This document shows positions 35,523 to 40,451 of a stretch of 40,451 nucleotides of DNA, one piece after another. The position numbers and the translations under genes are program-made. The DNA is from Cognaticolwellia sp. GTDB lineage: Bacteria; Myxococcota_A; UBA796; CAJQPC01. The stretch covers positions 1-40,451 of the forward strand of contig JBLHMA010000003.1 of assembly GCA_047621545.1 (NCBI GenBank), written 5' to 3'. Within the stretch, counting starts at the first letter, position 1. Every line of letters begins with the position of its first letter. The notes under the pieces are model-generated. The model did not search any database. It saw only the letters and a program-made list of their open reading frames with translations, and was not told the origin of the DNA.

Positions 35523-36803
35523 TACTGCACCGGGAAGGTGTAGGTTCCGGCGGTGCACACGTTCAGCCCTTCGAAGCTCAACTCTTCGATGGTCGCCGTC
35601 ATCGCAGTTGGAGTTGTGGAGGTGATCTTGACCTCGATCTCCAGCTCACCCCTTCTGTGGGTGAAGCGTTCCCCTCCAGCTACTGGGACGAGCGGGCTGC
35701 CAATCTTCTCGCTCGGAGCTCCGTAGGGCTCAAGGGTGATTCGGTTGGGGCTGCTGTGCTTGCGCAGGACCAACTCTTGGTCCACGCCACACCCGATGGC
35801 GTCAAGGTCCACCACGTAGCCAGTGGGTTTGGTGATCACGTCGGCTGGCCCGCCGCAAGTCCACCACATATCGACCTCGAATGCGGCCGCGTCGGCCACA
35901 TCCATGTCGCTGACTCCGAAGATCGGGAACCCATCAATCACCCCAGTAGTATAGGTGTTTGTTCCCTCGGCGATACCGAAGGTGCTGCTCGCCGCTGAGA
36001 CCAACTGATCGGCGTCATCGTAGGCCAGTCTTTGGCCGGATTTGACCACGTACAAACTGTAGCCTTCGTCGTCAGGAAGGTCGACTCGGGTCACCCAAGA
36101 CTGGCGATGGGGGGTGCCCGTGCCGCTCGTCATCACAGGCAAAAGGCGCATGTGCTTGTCGCCGTCGTTGTCGCTGTCTCCCCAACTGAGTGGAAGCAGC
36201 TTGAAGGTGCCGTTTCCGCTGGTGCAGGCCGAGGCCGAGGTCTTCTTGCGCTCCGAGCCGTCGTCGGTCGGCAGCTCCAGTCGGATGTTGTCGTAGGCGT
36301 CGCAGGCAATGGTTGCTTCAGGAATGATCTCAACAGCATAGGTGCCATCACAGCTGTTCGCGCAGGTCCCCGAGCCGGGGGAAGCCCCGCCGGTGCTCTC
36401 ACACTCAAGAAAATTGTAAGTCTCCCCGCCCGCGGAAACGCCGCCGGGGGCAGAGGTCCAGGTCTCGTCCGCAGCGAGTGCAGCGTTTCCCGGCGTACGG
36501 AAATCTGTCGCGGCTGGAGAGCAGAAACCGCCAACCTTTCTGGCCTTTACCGAAGAATTGCCGGGCATGCGCGAGCCGTCAATCCCGGCAACTTGATAGC
36601 TGGATGGCCGGTCGGAGAAGTTGACCGAATCCGTTGACTCGGTGTAGCAGTTGCCGTCGGTCAGCGTCAGCGCTGGCAAGGGATTGTGGAATTCGCTGGG
36701 CTCGTTCCATTCGTCCCCGGTGTCGTCGACCGGCGATTCATCCTTGTTGCACCCGACAAGCAGAATCAGAGAGAGAGAGAGAGAGAGAGAGAATCTTCGT
36801 CAT
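35522..36803 (-). pseudogene. Cys-rich lipoprotein gene frameshifted at a (CT)12 tract (candidate phase-variable gene, OFF state)
   Basis: RBS and ATG at 36803 give MTKILSLSLSLSDSACRVQQG*. The other frame continues LILLVG-CNKDES... into the 385-aa ORF. Confidence 0.75.
36768..36792. repeat. Dinucleotide microsatellite (AG)12 / (CT)12
   Basis: Perfect tract starting 12 nt into the gene on the minus strand. Confidence 0.97.
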
Positions 36804-36901
36804 GTTGTCCCCTTGTTTTTAACGTCCCAAACGCAGCCACTCAGCCGCGCCCCACACGAACAATGTCGCATCTCCAGGAACTTGTCCACCAAAAACTGGC
36901 T

Positions 36902-39772
36902 TCACCCAAACAATCCCACCAAGTCCTCTTTCGAGATCCGCTCCACCCAGTCCGCCTCACCACTCAGCGCCGCCTCCGCCAGCGCCCGCTTGGCCTCCTG
37001 AAGCGCCACGATGCCCTCCTCCACCGTGTTCTCGGAGACCAGCTTCACGCTAAAGACCGGCTTGGTCTGACCAATACGGTGGGCGCGGTCGGTGGCTTGG
37101 TCCTCCACTGCTGGGTTCCACCAGGGGTCGGTGTGGAAGACGTAGTCGGCGGCGGTCAGGTTCAGGCCGGTTCCGCCGGCTTTGAGTGAGATCAAGAACA
37201 CGGGCGGACCGTCCTCGCTCTGGAAGCTGTCCACCTGAGCTTGTCGGTCGCGGGTGCTGCCGTCCAAGCGACAGAAGGGGATCTCCAGCAGAACGAGCGC
37301 CTCCTGAATCAAGTCCAAGAACCCGGTCCACTGGGAGAAGACCAGGGCCTTGGAGCCGTTGTCGATGACCTCGGTCAGTTTGTCGATCAACAGATCCAGC
37401 TTGCCCGATTCATCCGGTCTATCGCCGGGAAGTAGGCGGGGATGACAGGCCGCCTGCCGCATTCTGAGCAGCAGCTCCAGCACTTCCAGAGCCCGACCCG
37501 AGCCCATCATGTTGGCGACCTCTGCCCGGCCGGCTGCTGCGACGGTCTGGTAGATCTCGCGCTGCTTTGGGGTCAATGGACAGGGCAGAATCACATCTGT
37601 ACGAGACGGCAGGTCGGTGGCTACCTGGGACTTGTGACGGCGCAGCACAAAGGGCGCGATCTTGGCCCGCAGGCGCTTGGCAGCCCGACGGTCTCCGGAC
37701 TCAACAGCCCGAGCTGTGTAGCGCTGAAAGTCCTTTCGGCCACCCAAGAGCCCGGGGGTCGAGAAGTTCAGCTGACTCCACAGCTCGTCGAGTCGGTTCT
37801 CGATGGGCGTTCCGGTCAGGCTCCAGCGGTGCTTGGCGTTGAGTGCAAAGGCGGCCTGGGCAGTCTGGGATTCGGGATTCTTGATGGCTTGGGCCTCGTC
37901 CAGAATCGCCAGGGTCCAGCGTGCATCGGAGATCTTTGGATCCAGGCGCATCAAGGCGTAGGAGGTGATGATCAAGTCCGCATTGGGGTCCAGCTTGCGG
38001 TTGCTGCCATGGAAGACGCAGGTCTTCAGCACAGGCACAAACTTGTTGGCCTCGCGCTGCCAGTTCTGGAGGATGGACGTGGGGGCTACAACCAAGGCTT
38101 TGCCCCCTTGATCCTGTAGAACGGTCGTCAGAGCGGTGAGCGCCTGCAGAGTCTTCCCCAGGCCCATGTCATCGGCCAGAATGCCGCCCATCTCGGCCTG
38201 GGCCAGAAAGCCCAACCAGCGAACGCCCAGCTCTTGGTAGGGCCGCAAGGTGGCCTGCAATCCCTTGGGCAGTCGCGCAGGGGGGAGCCCGTCAAAGTCC
38301 TCCAGTAGGGGCTTGAGCTTGGCCAATCCCAGGGGCGGTGGCGCGTTCAGAGCTTCGGCCAGCTTGGCGGCTGCAAAGGTCGCGTGGGCCGGCAGCTTGT
38401 CGGTCTTGCCCTTGGCCGCGACCAGGTCCGCGATCAGCTCTCCGTGGGCTTCGAGCAGCTCTCTTGGGAGAGGAGCGAACCCTCCACCGGTCAGTGGCAC
38501 CAGGCTCTTGCCCGCTCTCCACGCTGCGACCATCGGCCCCAGATCCGCCTCCGAGGTCAGCCTCTCCCCATCAAAGTCCAGACGCACAGGCTCCCGGCGC
38601 ACCTCGAACTTCTTGGCGCTGCCACGCACCTGGCCATCAAAGGCGCCCAGCCGGTCCCGCACAAAGCGGATGGCGTCCTCCTCGTTCAGTGTGACCTCGC
38701 GGCCCAATGGAAGCTGCATTCTCTCCACCTGGGAGATCAGCTGGCGCTCGGCGGCCCGGTCTCGCAGGGGAATGGTCCCGTCCTTCAATATCTGCAGCTC
38801 CCCGCGCTCCACACGGGCCACGGGTGGGTCTCCGTAGACGATGTCCACCCGGGCCTTCAGGGCGGTCTTAGTCGGGGTCAGGCTCAGGGTCAGGCGGGGC
38901 TTGGAGCGCTCGGCGCTGGGCAGTCGGGAGGTGGTGACCTTGATGCGCAGGCGGCCCTCAAAGCTGGGCAGGATCTCCCCGACCAGGTGGGCGGCTTGGT
39001 CTGGGCTGAAGACCATGCCCTGGGCCAAGTTCCGTCGCTCGTGGGGGGCCAAGCCGCCCTGTGAGTAGGGACGCAGAGCGCCAGACTTGTCCAAGACCAC
39101 CCCGTCTTTGAATCCACGGGCAACCGCTTTGTCTCGGTGCAAGCTTAGCTTAAAGCCGCGGCCCTCGTCCCGGACCTGAAGCACGGGGGTCAGGGGCTCG
39201 GTGCTGGGCTGCACTTGCACGTCTTCGACAAACACCGGGCTCTTGTCAGTGGCCCACGCCTCCAGCATGCGCACCCAGCCCGCTCTTGGCAGGCGGGTCG
39301 ATCCCAGAGAGAGCACTTGGTCGGCGATGCGGTCCGCGGATGTAGGCCGCAGGGCCCCGTGCTTGGCCAAGCGTCCGTTGATGGGGGTCCGCTGGCCGCC
39401 TTGGGCCCGAAAACGCTGCAGGTTCAGCCAGCCGGCGTCGTCCGCGGTGATGCGGTACTCGATGACCGGTACGCCAGCGGGCTTGGGGAGCAGAGACCCG
39501 GTGCCTTGGCTGTCTCGAACGGCCAGAACGCAGGCGACCACGTGACCACAGCCTTGGTCAAAGCCGCAGTCGCAGGCCCACTCAACGTCCTGCGGGTAGA
39601 GGTAGACCTCCAGGGGCTCGGAGCGGTTGGCGGAGCTCACCCACAGGAAGATCTCGTCGTCGTCGTGGCTGCGGCCTTGCACCACGCCAGCCCGGTGCAA
39701 GCGAATGCCAGCGTCCCAGACGCGCTCGGAGACTTTGGCGCGCAAGGTCTTGAATAGGGGAGTCAGATCCAT
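36902..39772 (-). CDS. SWIM zinc-finger SNF2-family helicase/ATPase
   Basis: CDC....GCGH SWIM motif, LADDMGLGKT, DEAQ, TGTPIEN, SLKAGGTGLNL and QATDRAHRIGQ. Confidence 0.93.
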   Translation of the reverse strand: MDLTPLFKTLRAKVSERVWDAGIRLHRAGVVQGRSHDDDEIFLWVSSANRSEPLEVYLYPQDVEWACDCGFDQGCGHVVACVLAVRDSQGTGSLLPKPAGVPVIEYRITADDAGWLNLQRFRAQGGQRTPINGRLAKHGALRPTSADRIADQVLSLGSTRLPRAGWVRMLEAWATDKSPVFVEDVQVQPSTEPLTPVLQVRDEGRGFKLSLHRDKAVARGFKDGVVLDKSGALRPYSQGGLAPHERRNLAQGMVFSPDQAAHLVGEILPSFEGRLRIKVTTSRLPSAERSKPRLTLSLTPTKTALKARVDIVYGDPPVARVERGELQILKDGTIPLRDRAAERQLISQVERMQLPLGREVTLNEEDAIRFVRDRLGAFDGQVRGSAKKFEVRREPVRLDFDGERLTSEADLGPMVAAWRAGKSLVPLTGGGFAPLPRELLEAHGELIADLVAAKGKTDKLPAHATFAAAKLAEALNAPPPLGLAKLKPLLEDFDGLPPARLPKGLQATLRPYQELGVRWLGFLAQAEMGGILADDMGLGKTLQALTALTTVLQDQGGKALVVAPTSILQNWQREANKFVPVLKTCVFHGSNRKLDPNADLIITSYALMRLDPKISDARWTLAILDEAQAIKNPESQTAQAAFALNAKHRWSLTGTPIENRLDELWSQLNFSTPGLLGGRKDFQRYTARAVESGDRRAAKRLRAKIAPFVLRRHKSQVATDLPSRTDVILPCPLTPKQREIYQTVAAAGRAEVANMMGSGRALEVLELLLRMRQAACHPRLLPGDRPDESGKLDLLIDKLTEVIDNGSKALVFSQWTGFLDLIQEALVLLEIPFCRLDGSTRDRQAQVDSFQSEDGPPVFLISLKAGGTGLNLTAADYVFHTDPWWNPAVEDQATDRAHRIGQTKPVFSVKLVSENTVEEGIVALQEAKRALAEAALSGEADWVERISKEDLVGLFG

Positions 39773-39835
39773 GCGCCCGGCTAACCGGGTCCGACCGTTC
39801 AGGGCGAGAGGCGGAACCCGTCAGTCTGGCCCGGG

Positions 39836-40450
39836 TCAGCGAATCCGTGCCGCGTGTGGGGTACCGGAGGAGCCCAGCTTGAACGCAACCGAGCTCTCCA
39901 GGTCGGGACCCAATTCAGCGACCCCGTAGACCGTCAGGGTGCTGCCGGACCATGTGGCCAGCTCGTCCTGTCCGTCATCGTTCAGGTCAATGCCAAAGGC
40001 GTGCACGGCGCCAGGAATGCTGCCCTCCCACCAAGGGGTCTCAACGTCCACCAAGACCTTGTCCACGACGCGGTAGATGCGTACGTCGGATCCGGCCAGC
40101 TGGACAATGTCATCGTAGCCGTCGCCGTTCATGTCGCCGACCGCGTAGGTGCCCACTTCCCCAAGCGAGGTCTCTGTGCCCACCTTGTCGTCCACGGAAA
40201 AACCAGCGACCACCAAGGGATAGACCAAGAACCGGCCCCCAGTGGTGTTAAACAGACCGATGTCGTCCTTGCCGTCGCCGTCAAAATCGCCGGCCACGAC
40301 AGGGCGCTTGGTGGACACGTTGGTGTCGGGCTCAAAGTCCGCGACGGTCGTCCAGGTTCCTTCACCGTTGTTGATAAAGATGCTGGCTTTGTCCCCGTCG
40401 TCGGGCAGCTGCCAGATGTCGTCGCGGGCGTCGCCATCAAAGTCGGCCAA
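39836..40450 (-). CDS. FG-GAP/VCBS repeat protein, C-terminal part (start lies outside the window)
   Basis: Repeated DFDGD..DD, DMNGDGYDD and DLNDDGQDE calcium-blade motifs. Confidence 0.8.
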   Translation of the reverse strand: MADFDGDARDDIWQLPDDGDKASIFINNGEGTWTTVADFEPDTNVSTKRPVVAGDFDGDGKDDIGLFNTTGGRFLVYPLVVAGFSVDDKVGTETSLGEVGTYAVGDMNGDGYDDIVQLAGSDVRIYRVVDKVLVDVETPWWEGSIPGAVHAFGIDLNDDGQDELATWSGSTLTVYGVAELGPDLESSVAFKLGSSGTPHAARIR

Positions 40451-40451
40451 G

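Overview
High-GC bacterial window, probably an uncultured Myxococcota-like organism. This is inferred from the many cysteine-rich lipoproteins, the vWA/Ig, RCC1, FG-GAP and L-domain surface proteins, and the sigma-54 promoters. Most of it is ordinary metabolism: fused E1 2-oxoacid dehydrogenase, gpmI, ltaE, mdh, sodN-sodX-Ni transporter, thiG/thiE-like, MatB-like ligase, POT transporter, RluA and SWIM-SNF2. The standout is a ~1.5 kb purine-rich segment (4159-5670) with no credible ORF. It has a near-consensus sigma-54 promoter whose predicted +1 falls on the first hairpin, many UNCG/GNRA-capped stems, a long-range 5'-3' helix and an intrinsic terminator. I read it as a candidate very large structured non-coding RNA that matches no family I recognise. 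It is followed by three TCAAG-core tandem repeat arrays. Second is a lipoprotein operon whose first gene is frameshifted by a (CT)12 tract in its signal peptide, a candidate phase-variable locus. All calls come from reading the sequence by eye; no searches or folding were run.
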